A stretch of 63,982 nucleotides of DNA, the filler included, from Octopus bimaculoides (taxonomy: Eukaryota): the NCBI RefSeq assembly GCF_001194135.2. It is 6 parts of 6 records of this genome, joined end to end, with 100 filler letters (N's around TTAATTAATTAA, not from the genome) between each part and the next. Parts side by side here need not be neighbours in the genome. Positions count along the whole stretch, not along the records: positions 1 to 27,521 come from NC_068990.1; 5 more parts are not named here. The stretch is one strand, 5' to 3'. Both the position numbers and the translations under genes were made by a program. The notes beneath the pieces were generated by a model, which worked only from the letters and a program-made list of their open reading frames with translations, made no database searches and was not told the DNA's origin. Below, piece by piece: positions 1 to 13,019 of the stretch; within the stretch, counting starts at the first letter, position 1, and every line of letters begins with the position of its first letter.

Positions 1-49
<49 letters not shown>

Positions 50-412
50 CATATTTATATATATATACATATACATGCATATGATATATATGAAGGGCTA
101 CTTTCAGTTTCTGTCTATCAAATTCACTCACAAGACTTCGGTTGGTCCAAGGCTATAGTAGAAGACACTGGAACCATGTGATTGAGAAGCAAGCTTCTTT
201 ATTGTATGTAATGATTCAGATTCAGCTGAATTGGGTACTTAAGGTGAGATAGCAAGTTAGTCCGGTATTGTCTGCACAACTCTAAGTTAAGTGAATAAAA
301 AGTAAATAAGTAACAAAGATGTCCAAGTATCAGTGCATATATACATACATATATACATACATATATACATATGCATACATACATACATACGTACATATAT
401 ACATACATACAG

Positions 413-449
<37 letters not shown>

Positions 450-1915
450 NNNNNNNNNNNNNNNNNNNNNNNNNNNNNNNNNNNNNNNNNNNNNNNNNNN
501 NNNNNNNNNNNNNNNNNNNNNNNNNNNNNNNNNNNNNNNNNNNNNNNNNNNNNNNNNNNNNNNNNNNNNNNNNNNNNNNNNNNNNNNNNNNNNNNNNNNN
601 NNNNNNNNNNNNNNNNNNNNNNNNNNNNNNNNNNNNNNNNNNNNNNNNNNNNNNNNNNNNNNNNNNNNNNNNNNNNNNNNNNNNNNNNNNNNNNNNNNNN
701 NNNNNNNNNNNNNNNNNNNNNNNNNNNNNNNNNNNNNNNNNNNNNNNNNNNNNNNNNNNNNNNNNNNNNNNNNNNNNNNNNNNNNNNNNNNNNNNNNNNN
801 NNNNNNNNNNNNNNNNNNNNNNNNNTATATATATATATATATATATGAAGTGTTCTTGAATTGTTTCCTTATATCAAATTCTACTCACAAGGTTTTGTGA
901 ATCTGAAGCCCAAGTATTTCGTTCTTGAGCTTCAGTAGAAGACACTTGTGTAAGGGGATGTTTACTCTTTGGAATAAACTCCTGAACCACACAGATGCAT
1001 ACCAAAAATCGTATCTACACAGTCAGCACCATCAATAATAATAATTGTCCGAAATTTTGCCACAAAGGCAGCAACTTTGGGGATGTTGTGTTCTTGAGCA
1101 AGACACTTTATTTCACGTTGCTCCAGTTCACTCAGCTGTAGAAATGAGTTGTGATGTCACAAGTGTCAAGCTGTATCAGCCTTTGCCTTTCCCTTGGATA
1201 ACACTGGTGGCGTGGAGAGGGGAGACCGGTATGCATGGGCTACTGCTGGTCTTCCATAAACCACCTTTCCCAGACTTGTCCCTCGGAAGGTAACTTTCTA
1301 GGTGCAATCCCATGGTCAGTCATGACCGAAGCGGGGGGTCTCTCTCACATATTTTATCAAGCCTGAAATTATGAAAGGCAAAGTAGACCTCGGCAGAATA
1401 TGAAATGCCGTAAGCATTTTACCTGGCATGCTAACAAATTTGCCAGCTTGCTGCCTGAACTACTACTAATAATAATGATAATAATAATTATGCTTTAGTA
1501 ATTATTTATTATTTATTATTCATGCTTTGCTGCTATTCTCTATTGCTTGCCTTGAAGACATATATCCAAAAATAAAGCTGGTGTTTGTTGATATGGTCAC
1601 AGCGATCATGTTTAAGTTTACAATTTATTTATTCTCTTGGTACATTAAAAAACACTTCTTTCGGATATTTTACATTTTCATAAAGCTTCACTGATTTGAT
1701 AACAATCTGATCATAGGATCAATTCTGGCTTACATCGTCGTATTGTTTTCATATACTTAGAGACAATTTTATTGAAGTGAGAACTAATACCTTTAAAGTT
1801 GTTTTTCAAGTATTCAGTCCATTTGCCACTTTTAAGTTTGTTGATATTTCCCACATTTTACTGACTAAGTCAAATCGTTTCTGTCTTTGCTGGTTTATAT
1901 TTGTATGTATGTATG

Positions 1916-1987
<72 letters not shown>

Positions 1988-2107
1988 AATAACACACATG
2001 CACATACATATATATGAATATATATATACAAAGACACATATGTGAATATAAATACACATATACATACACAGGCATACATATATATATGTATGTATATGGT
2101 ATGTATT

Positions 2108-2150
<43 letters not shown>

Positions 2151-2530
2151 TATATATATCATATATATATATATATACATATTCATATATGTATGTATGT
2201 TGTATGCATCTATATGTTTGTTTATTTATATACATATATATTTATGGATATATATATATATATATACATATATACATGTATGTGTGTGTGTGTTGCGTCT
2301 GTGTGTATGCGTCTGTGTGTATGCGTCTGTGTGTGTTGCGTGGTTGTGTATGTATTTGTATTGAAAATGGAAGAAATGTGTCAGAAATAAATCTTTCACT
2401 TTGAAAGACAACAGATTCTATTATTTTGTAATAACAATCGGAAAGGGAAAATATGAAGCAAATAATATATTCTTACTTCCCCTTTCTTTTTTCTTCTATA
2501 TTCATTGTGTCACACTGTGTGCGTGCGTGT

Positions 2531-2574
<44 letters not shown>

Positions 2575-2694
2575 ACCCTTCCTATGTTCAACATACACAT
2601 GCATACAGACATGTATGCACACTTAGATACATAGATTTATACACTTACAAACATGCATACGTAAATGCATGCACCCATGCATACACTCCCAAAT

Positions 2695-2735
<41 letters not shown>

Positions 2736-4272
2736 NNNNNNNNNNNNNNNNNNNNNNNNNNNNNNNNNNNNNNNNNNNNNNNNNNNNNNNNNNNNNNNNN
2801 NNNNNNNNNNNNNNNNNNNNNNNNNNNNNNNNNNNNNNNNNNNNNNNNNNNNNNNNNNNNNNNNNNNNNNNNNNNNNNNNNNNNNNNNNNNNNNNNNNNN
2901 NNNNNNNNNNNNNNNNNNNNNNNNNNNNNNNNNNNNNNNNNNNNNNNNNNNNNNNNNNNNNNNNNNNNNNNNNNNNNNNNNNNNNNNNNNNNNNNNNNNN
3001 NNNNNNNNNNNNNNNNNNNNNNNNNNNNNNNNNNNNNNNNNNNNNNNNNNNNNNNNNNNNNNNNNNNNNNNNNNNNNNNNNNNNNNNNNNNNNNNNNNNN
3101 NNNNNNNNNNNNNNNNNNNNNNNNNNNNNNNNNNNNNNNNNNNNNNNNNNNNNNNNNNNNNNNNNNNNNNNNNNNNNNNNNNNNNNNNNNNNNNNNNNNN
3201 NNNNNNNNNNNNNNNNNNNNNNNNNNNNNNNNNNNNNNNNNNNNNNNNNNNNNNNNNNNNNNNNNNNNNNNNNNNNNNNNNNNNNNNNNNNNNNNNNNNN
3301 NNNNNNNNNNNNNNNNNNNNNNNNNNNNNNNNNNNNNNNNNNNNNNNNNNNNNNNNNNNNNNNNNNNNNNNNNNNNNNNNNNNNNNNNNNNNNNNNNNNN
3401 NNNNNNNNNNNNNNNNNNNNNNNNNNNNNNNNNNNNNNNNNNNNNNNNNNNNNNNNNNNNNNNNNNNNATATATATATATATATACATACATACATGCAT
3501 ATACACATAAAGACCAACTGTGTACAGTAGTAGAAATCAGTTGCCCAGCAGATGTCAACGTAAGACTAAGGATCAGCAAAAAAAAGAGAAGAAATCAAAT
3601 GTTGAACTATTGAGAAATTTATAGATCTCCTCCAGGGTTAAGAAGTTTAGATTTATACCCAGAATTTTCGGCACACTTTGATAAGTAACATTCTGCCTCA
3701 AAAGAATTCTTGAAAAATTAGGGGTCTCCAAACCAGAAAAGAGAAGTTAATTAGAAGATTAAAGATCATCAATGGAACTGTTAAAATATACAAAACATTC
3801 CAAAAGTTTAACATTCAGATGTGCATTAGACATGTAACTATATACATGAGAATACATAAAACATACAAATTTACACATGCACTTACACATGCAAATATTG
3901 CACACAAACATGCAGACATGCACAAATGCCCTGCTGATGTTTAAAGTTCTAATGAAGGATCCTTGGATAAAGCTTTCTGCATTGACAAAAAATCTAGAAT
4001 TAAAATTAAAATAACATACATACATATATGCATGCATACACACACATGCATACATACATATATACATAAGTATACATACATACATGCATACCTACATACA
4101 TAAATATATATGAGCATGTCTAGACATACAGCTATATGCATGAAAGTACATACAAAAAATACCCTCTTGATGATGTTGAAATTCCAATGAAGAAGTCTTG
4201 GATCTACATTAGAAACTGACTCTTTCTCAATTGGCAAGAAATCCAGAAATAAACTGAATAACGACATACTTA

Positions 4273-4320
<48 letters not shown>

Positions 4321-4434
4321 CATACATACATACATACATACATACATACATACATACATACATACATACATGCATACATACATACATACACACATTGGTT
4401 ACTGTGTATTAAAGAGGAGAAAATTATACAAATT

Positions 4435-4830
4435 TTTTCCAAGCAAACTTCATCTGAGCACTCAGAGAGTGCAAACCTCTGCTAAAGCAACACCAATGTC
4501 CTCTCATCGATTAGCCAGGGAATAATTTTAAAATGAGGATATCTGAAATAAATTCGATTGCTCTCACAAACAAGAATACTAAAAATGAACCTGACTGCCC
4601 TCAAGAATTAAGTAAAAAAAAAAAAACAGGAAAAATAATCCAGAATCCTTGTCGTGTACCAGATCGATCCCAAAATGTAATCAGGTTGTGCCAGTCACGA
4701 GGCCAAACATCCCTGAAAGTTTCATCCGAATCCATCTGGCGGTTCTTGAGATATCTTGTCCATGGACATACAAACTAACAAGCATGACTGAAAACAGTAC
4801 CTCTGCCTTTGCTGAGGTGAAGGTAATAAA
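4435..4830 (+). mobile_element. Helentron/DINE-1-like non-autonomous element (tentative)
   Basis: gatcccaaaatgtaatcag...aaagtttcatccgaatcc...gttcttgagatatcttg...gaaaacagtacctctgcc...ggtgaaggtaat with a CpG-decayed 3' hairpin. Confidence 0.45.
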
Positions 4831-5095
4831 TACGGATATCTACTCACAAAAAATGTTATGCCCAGCCATCCTTTTAACATACTTGGCTAAGAGCCAATTG
4901 GTTTGTACTAATATCACACCACTAGAATGGCACAGTGTGTGCCCAGTCCACCTAAGGAAAAGGGTTGTAATGAAGCAGGAAACCCTGAAAATTTCATGGG
5001 AGTTTTCATTAATTTATAGAACTGAATTCAAATCTTGTTATGGTTATATCTTGACAGAGAGTGGCTACACAATCAGCTTGATTTGCACTTGATAC

Positions 5096-5098
5096 ACT

Positions 5099-5129
<31 letters not shown>

Positions 5130-5385
5130 CCATTGTCATCATCTTCATCATCATCATTACCATTGTCATCATCTTCATCATCATCATTATCATCTTCATC
5201 ACCATCAGCATGGTCATCATCATCATCGTCATCATCATCATCATCATCATGGTCATCATCACCGTCATTGTCATCGTCATCATCATCACCATTATTGTCA
5301 TAACGATCAACATGACCGACAACACCACCATCATCATCGCTGTCATCATCATCATCGTCGTCATCATCACGGTCAAGATCATCAT
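5096..5385. repeat. (CAT)n-based trinucleotide microsatellite
   Basis: Degenerate CAT/CAC/CGT run adjoining a decayed RTE-type tail; the source of the His-, Ile- and Met-rich ORFs. Confidence 0.95.
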
Positions 5386-5859
5386 TTTGATGTCTGCTAT
5401 TCCATGCTTGGATGGGTCAGATGGGGTTCAATAAGGCAGAGATTCTACAGCCAGATACCCTCTCCTGTCACCAACTCTCACCTGAATCCATGCAAAGTTT
5501 TATTTTCCCATGGCAAGACAAGTTTTCCATGGAAGGCTGGAAGCAAATGATGATTGTTTACTACCATCAAATGATGAATAAACAAAGATACACACACACA
5601 CACACACACACATGGTGTTATACAAAGCATGTGTTTGACGCAGCCTTGCAGCTCACTGGATCCTGTCAAACCTGCCAACTCATACCATTATGGGAAATAG
5701 ATGTGAGATGAAGATGATGATGTAAGAAGCTTGATTCCTGACCATATAGTTCTGGGTTCAGTCCCACTGTGTGGCACCTTGAACAAGTGTCTTCTACTAT
5801 AGCCTCAGACCAGTCAAAGCCTTGTGAGTGGATTTGGTAGAGAGAAACTGTAAGAAGCC

Positions 5860-5917
<58 letters not shown>

Positions 5918-6139
5918 GTATGTATGTATGTATGTGTATGTATATGTTTGTGTGTCTGTGTTTGTCCCCCCCCCCGCCACTATTGCTTGACAACCAGTGT
6001 TGGTGTGTTTATGTCCCTGTAACTTAGCAGTTCAGCCAACAGACCGATGGAATAAGTACTAGGTTTACAAAGAATAAGTCCTGGGGTCGATTTAAAACAA
6101 GTAAAAGAGCAAAAGAGTGTGTGTGTGCATCTGTGTGTG

Positions 6140-6174
<35 letters not shown>

Positions 6175-7417
6175 ACGTGTGTGCATACACGTGAGATTGT
6201 ATATTTGTTTGTGTCTCCTCGGCATGGTGTCAAATGATATTTGTAAATGAGCATCGCACCAACACAGTGCTCATTTTTGGTCTTCTACGAAAACGTTTAT
6301 ACATGCTAAGAAAAGTACTGCATTCGAAATCAGTTGGGAACAAGCAGGGCATGCTACTTTAGAAAAATCTGTTTTAATGAATTCTGTCTCACCTATGCAA
6401 GCAAAGAAAAGTGAATGTTAAAACAATGATGATGATAATGATGATGATAATGATGCAGAGGAGGAGAAAGAAGAAGATGATGATGAGGGAGATGATATGG
6501 TGGCTTCATTTTATCTATTATTTATTGTTGTGGGCAATAAACCTTATTTAATTATCTATACATCTACATTTCATCTGCATTTTGTTTCTCCTTCTTATGA
6601 ACGTTCCTAATGATGTTGAACAAACTTGAACCTCAACATCGAATTTCTCTTCTCATGAGCATTTAGCCTGATAAGTAATAAAAAAGAAAAGAAAAAAAAA
6701 TTATTCTCATGTGGGGAAACAATTCTTATTTCTGTGAGTAAATAGCTCTTATTCAGACATTTGCCAATTTTAACCAATATCCTCTGATTAAAAATATTTC
6801 AGAAGGCAAGGAAGAAAACTAAATATCTTCAACTAAAATTTTGTGTCTACTAACAACCAATTTGAGGAAAAAACTGTCTTCTTGTTAAAATATGTAAGTT
6901 ATTCTATTTATAGATTTGGTTTACACTGTGGCCTTTGACATACATTCTCACACATATACTTACATTTTTATCTACATAGATGTGAGACAACTGATAATTA
7001 TTGAACATCATCCTATATGATTTTCCTCTCTTCTGGTGTTTTGCTATTTGAAACCATTTAAGAATGGAGAAAAAATATTCTTTTCTACTCTAGGTACAAG
7101 GCCTCAAATTTTGGGGGAGGGGACCAGTTGATTAGATAGACCCCTGTATGCAACTGATACTTAATTTATCGACCCCTGAAAGGATGAAGGGCAAAGTCAA
7201 CCTCGGCAGAATTCGAACTCAGAACATAAAAACTGACGAAATAGTGCTAACCATTTCACCCAGCATGCTAACGTTTCTGCCAGCTTGCTGCTTTTATGAA
7301 GAAAAAATATTGTAGCATGATCGTTGTGAATGAATCCTTTAATACCATAAATTCAGAATTATATAAATTTATTAAATTATGAATTAAAAGCTACTTAAAA
7401 TTCGTAATTTTATTGTC

Positions 7418-8060
7418 TTTTACATATGCTATGCTCTGGCACATCAGCAAATAGACGTTACTCTATTTGCATATAAGTCTTAGACCAGTGATTCATTTCA
7501 CTTTGAGGTGATCTAAGTACGTGATATTGCAGAGCTACAATAATGGCAAAATATCAATATATACCATTCTTGGTCACTTCAGGGTGAGTTGTCTTACCTA
7601 GTTTAGGACACTCAGTGCTCTTTAACACTGAGTATCATGTAGGGGGCTTTCTCTGGATGCTATGTCGCAGCACATGGGTGTTTAAACAAAACATACACTA
7701 TGTATGTGGAATGGATAGTGTTTTCCTTTCTAGAGCTGCTTTTCATTTATAATTTCATTTTCTTTCATATGTGCTACTGTGCAGTACATCAGTAAATAAA
7801 CTTCACTTTATTTTCCTATAAGTTTCAAACCAGCAATTCATTTTGCTTTGAGTTGATCCAAACATATGGTACTGAGGAACCATAATAATGCTGAAACATT
7901 GATATCTACCATTTTTGGCCAATCTGGGGTGAGCTATCTCACCTGGTCTGGGAAATTCAGTGTTCTTTAACACCTGGTATCATGTAGGGAGCTTTCCCCA
8001 GACATTATCCCATAGCAAATGGGCATTTAAACAAAACACAATCACTATGAATGTGCAATC
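7418..8060. repeat. Old tandem duplication, period about 345 bp
   Basis: e.g. ctttaacactgagtatcatgtagggggctttc vs ctttaacacctggtatcatgtagggagctttc; tttaaacaaaacata vs tttaaacaaaacaca. Confidence 0.85.
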
Positions 8061-8843
8061 AATAATATAAATGAATAAATGAAGATTTAAATTCAACTTA
8101 ATTAGAAATTACAAAAATTTAGAATAAAACAGTTGAACCATTTAATATGTTGTACAAGGGATGGTCTTTTCTAGAAGTGACTGACATTAATTTTTAGGGG
8201 AACTGTCTTCTACTCTAGACCCAATGTGATCAATGCTTTGAAAGTGGATTTGTAAAATGGGAAAAAGACTATACAAAGCTCATCATGGATTTAGTTATTA
8301 TTCATGACAAGAATTCAAACCACTTCAAGACATCTTCAGACATCTCCAGACATCTCCTCAATTGAGAAAGGAAAAACTATGGTGTTATTTCTGTAATCTC
8401 AAAACTAAAGACTCAACCAAAACACAGAACTGCTTGACACACTTCCACTCATACATCTTTTTCTCCAGTACATGGAACAAAGAAACATAAGAGTGGTGAC
8501 AAGGACCATCAGAAATGATGTAGATCTGTGGGTTGGAATCACATTTGTTTTTTAATCAAGGTATGAGGAGTGGTTAAAGGAGTGTTCATGAGAAGCAATA
8601 TGAGGTCAAGGACTCCAAAGGTCACAAGGTCACAAAATCATATTGGCACTATGCTCAGTTGAAAGCACTGAAGTAAAGGCTATGAAATTCATGACAGAGA
8701 ACAAAGAAATTAGTTGCTACATCTGTCATAGTAAGGAATTCCAGCCATGTTTTGTTGTTCACTACTTCAACAGCTCCTTTATAGAATCCAGTGGCTAAAG
8801 ACATTATCAGGAGGAACCATGTCCGGTGTAGGCCCCTACTCTT

Positions 8844-8974
8844 CTACCGTTTTAGACGTGGTGGAGCCCCCACTTTCGGAGATATCTTCAGTTCTGGTGT
8901 TGAGTGCGTTTTTTTTCTTTCTCCTTTTTTCTTTTGTTGTTTGGTTTCATTTTGGAGCATTTTCTCCCGAAGAA
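8844..8974 (-). CDS. Candidate terminal exon LREKMLQNETKQQKKKGERKKTHSTPELKISPKVGAPPRLKR*
   Basis: Strong acceptor ctttttgcctgtttttctag| (phase 1), 42 codons then TAG; followed by unique, repeat-free sequence (8.3-8.8 kb) that could be 3' UTR. Confidence 0.45.
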
Positions 8975-9348
8975 CTAGAAAAACAGGCAAAAAGAAAAAA
9001 AGTGACAATCAAAGGTATATGTAGTAATGGTGGTCGTGGTGATAGTAGTAGTAGTAGAAGTAGTTTCAGTTCTATAGCACAAGTACAAATCCACTGTTTA
9101 TGCCTGTGAGAGAATTTTTCTATTAGTTTTAAAGGGAAGAAAAGATGGATAATCACAAGTGAAATGTTTCTAAAATTGAGTTCTCAATGACAGAACCAAA
9201 ATTTAGAATCAATAACCAGCAGTCCTGTACTCTATAAACACCTAAACCCCCTAACCTCCCATGAAGCACATGTCTCAGTATGGCCACATTCCAACTACTG
9301 AAGCCAGAATACAGTTGAGTGGGCGAGCATAATAGCACAAAAACTTAC

Positions 9349-9387
9349 AACCATGTTTAGTCATATCAAGAAAACATAAGATATATT
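9349..9387 (-). CDS. Candidate 39-nt exon (E)YILCFLDMTKHG(F)
   Basis: Acceptor cacctatacag| and perfect donor GGTT|GTAAGT; only the phase 1-1 frame is open, and it matches exon 8974. Confidence 0.3.
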
Positions 9388-10681
9388 CTGTATAGGTGAT
9401 TTAATAAACATATATATGAGAAGGTTTGTTTTATTTTCATGAAAGACAAACTCTTCAACTCTATAATTGCTTTCAAAATAGTTATCTGCTGCATAGTCTC
9501 CAGGGGAACTTAACGCATAAAGGCATCATTCAACTATTTATTATAAGTGTCTCGTTTGGGAAATTATTTTGTTCCAGACTAATGCTGATCAATGATTTTT
9601 AACAAGTTCTTCATAACTACTTGAAACTTTTCTCCTGGTCTCTGTCTACCAAGACACTATACAACATTTCAGACAATTTTGATACTAATTAGTAGACTTG
9701 CCAAAAATAAAACATTTTCATTTTGCTTCATTTTCATGTTTGTTTTGTTTTGTTATTGTTTTTCTGGAGGTTTCTTTTCTTTTTAACTCCCGCTAATTCT
9801 TCAATTCTTATATAGCTTATTGTTATAAATTCTTCCACATTGAAAGAAAAAGACTTGAAGAAGAAGCAACCAAAATACAAAAAAAAAAACAAAAAAAAAA
9901 CAATTAAATACCATTCTAAATCTGAATAATTACTTTGATGTAACCTCCATACTATTATTTGCTTTTCTTTATTTTTGTCTTAGTTATATTCTTTTATTTA
10001 TTTGCTTTGGGTTTTGGTTTTGTTCTTCTAGAAACTGTTTCATTTAAGACAAATTATGTTGGGAAAATGAGCAGCAGTTCACTTAATTACATATATTTTT
10101 GAAAGAAATATTGTAATTTTGACAGTGTAAATGTGAAGGTGTAACCAAGTAATAAATATTGAGAACCAGGTATAAATTTAATGACATGATGTTGCTGTTG
10201 TTGTCATTGTTGTTTAGCTTCCCATCCCCACTCCTTGTAGAACCAAACAGGCATATGATAAAGGGCATTCTAGTCATAACCGCCCTGTTTTTTTTATTTT
10301 TATTTTTAAAACAAGTATTAGTTGAGCACTGAGGTTATTGTAAATGACTTATCCCCAATCCCTAAATTACTAGCCTTATACCAAAATTTAAGCCATTATC
10401 ATTATTATTATCATTATATCTTATTTTGTCAGCCCTCATGGCTAATAAAGAAAGGATTATTGTTATCATAATTATTATTATTAATGCGGTGAGCTGGCAG
10501 AATTGTTAGCACGTTAGGCAAAAATGCTTAGTGGCATTTTGTCCACCTTTATACTCTGAGTTCAAATTCTGCCAAGGTTTACTTTGTCTTCCATCCTTTC
10601 AGGGTTGAACACTAGGGTGATTGTAATTGATTTTTCCCTTCCCTTGAACTTACTGGCCTTGTGCCAAAATTTGAAACCAGA

Positions 10682-11410
10682 CCCAGGAAGACCTGGGATG
10701 AGGTGGTGAAGCACGACCTTTGAACATTAGGCTTCACCGAGGCAATGACTAGTGACCGAGACATTTGGAAATATGCAGTGCATGAGAAGACCTGGCAAGC
10801 CAAGTGAGACCATAACCCGTGGCCTATGCCAGGGATGTAGCCAGCCCATTTATGCGTACCTTTCCTTCATTGGACACTAAACACTGCTTGCGAAGACCTG
10901 TTGAGGAAAGGTGGAATTGAAATCGAATCAAATTCGATGACTGGCACCTGTGCCAGTGGAGCGCTGAGAGCACCATCTGAGTGTGATCATCGCCAGAGCA
11001 GTTGACTGGCTTCTGTGCCTGTGGAACATAAAAAGCACCATTCGAGCATGATCGTTACCAGCGTCGCCTTACTGGCACTTGTGCCGGTGGCACATGACAA
11101 AGCACCTCAGTAAGGTCGTTGCCAGTGCCGCTGGACTGGCTCCTGTGCAGGTGGCATGTAAAAAACACCATTTGAGTGTGGCCATTGCCAGTACTGCCTG
11201 ACTGGCCTTTGTGCATGTGGCACATAAAAGCATCCACTACACTCTCAGAGTGGTTGGCGTTAAGAAGGGCATCCAGTTGTAGAAACTCTGCCAAATCAGA
11301 TTGGAGCCTCGTGCAGCCATCTGGCTCGCCAGTCCTCAGTTAATTCATCCAACCCATGTAAGCATGGAAAGCAGACGTTAAATGAGGATGATGATCATCA
11401 TCATCGTCAT
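10682..11410 (+). mobile_element. RTE-clade LINE 3' end (ORF C-terminus, long 3' UTR, GAT tail)
   Basis: PRKTWDEVVKHDL*TLGFTEAMTSDRDIWKYAV...* (RTE-type terminus); internally repeated 3' UTR; GGTTGGCGTTAAGAAGGGCATCCAG motif; ends TTAAATGAGGATGATGAT. Confidence 0.85.
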
Positions 11411-12164
11411 CAATGCACAATTAAATGTAAAATAAATATAATAATTGATTTAGATAACTGATACCTTTTCATTTCTTCATTTTTTTCTCCATATTTTAAT
11501 TCTATGTGATCAGTCAGTCAGTTAGAAATAGCAACTAAATTTCTTCTAAATTATAATAAATCATATCTATTCTCATAAAAAAGTAAGCATTGTACAATGT
11601 GCTCTTAGATATATAATGCCTTAAAAAGATTGGATAGTCAATGCTAGAAGGTTTTGCTGAGCTTTCAGTAACTGCAACATCATAATGAATGTATTATCAG
11701 CCAATGCAGGAGCATGTATGTGTTTATTTGACTTGCTACAACTAACCACAAAGTTTTTCTCAAAGCACAATGTATAGTCTTACAAACAGAGATAAACGTT
11801 AAATAATGAGATTATTGATTTTTAATATCTTGAAGAAAGAATAGCATGGACACAATCATAAGTCTTCATGATCAGTACAAGTGCTGTCTTGGAGTTGATT
11901 TGGGTCTAAGCAATGGCAAAAACTATTTATAAAAGTAAAGTAATAACTAGCACTATATCAAACTCTACCACTGTTAGAAATAGCTGCCAAATCTCCCTTA
12001 AATCATACCTTTCCTCATCATAAATAGGAAGAATGTATAGGAGAAAGTGTCTTAGATATATGATGCCTAACAAAATGAGGGAATGGTCATGAAGGCAATA
12101 TGTTTGGTCATATGACTGTTATGTATTTTATACTCCAATTGAATTGGTTGAGTAGTTCGATCAC

Positions 12165-12257
12165 CAGATAATTTCTTTTCAATGTCGAGTCTGGAGGAAG
12201 GGACAGTGCCCATGACTTTTGCTGAGAATAGTAAGTTTGATGGCTTTTCATTAAGTT
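12165..12257 (-). CDS. Candidate 93-nt exon; frame ambiguous (ELNEKPSNLLFSAKVMGTVPSSRLDIEKKLS or NLMKSHQTYYSQQKSWALSLPPDSTLKRNYL)
   Basis: Acceptor atttaaatag| and weak donor GTGATC. Two frames are open; the phase-1 frame would chain to exons 9387/8974. Confidence 0.3.
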
Positions 12258-12595
12258 CTATTTAAATTATTGATGGAAAGACATGAGTAGGGAGAAGATC
12301 CGAGAGGGCTGATGGTCCGGGGACAAAACATTGCATGCAGTTGTGAGTGGATGCAGCAAGGGGTACAAAGTGTAGAGAGACACAAATATGGGAACAGAGG
12401 CACTTATAGAAGCAATAGAAAAGACATAAAGGCCCATCATCAGGCCAGAAGGCAGAACATACATGTGAGTGACTGAATGCCAGTCAGTTAAATGACCCTT
12501 CTCTAAATGGAATTAGTATTTATGATTCCTTGAAGTCTGAACTTAAATCTGGCTGAGGTTAACATTACCTTTCACTCTTTCAGAGTCAATAAATA

Positions 12596-12986
12596 CAGGG
12601 TGTCCCAAAATTAAGGCAAATGAAGTTTGAGGCTATAATAACTATCAACAAATGTGATAAAATATGAAAATCTATATATATAAAAATAAGAATGTGTGTC
12701 TGTATGTCTGTCTGTGTGAATCCCTAAAACTCGAGAACTACGCAACCAATTTCATTCAAATTTTACAGATGCCTTACTTAGGGTTCCAGTTGTGTTTTAG
12801 TCAAAAAAAATGTTAACTTCTTGCAGAGTTCAAGCCCACGGAAACATAATATCTCCTCCACTATTTAAGTACTACGTGTCAAAAGTGAAACAAAAAACAC
12901 TCATGTCAAATACTTTCACTTTAAAAATGAAACTATTCTACAAACTAAAACAATCACATTTCGATACTGTAATGACAGATACTTTC

Positions 12987-13019
<33 letters not shown>

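Noticed and set aside
5035-5550. 171-aa His-rich ORF suggesting a metal-binding protein
   Set aside because: It is a (CAT)n microsatellite attached to a decayed RTE-type tail; other frames and the opposite strand are equally open; no splice support.
10083-10277. 64-aa minus-strand ORF as an exon
   Set aside because: Weak AAG acceptor; the frame is sustained by an (AAC)n repeat; no good donor.
12160-12470. Plus-strand donors at 12231 (GTAAGT) and about 12465 (GTGAGT) with open frames
   Set aside because: Poor acceptors and no coherent chain; strand assignment here is unresolved without RNA data.
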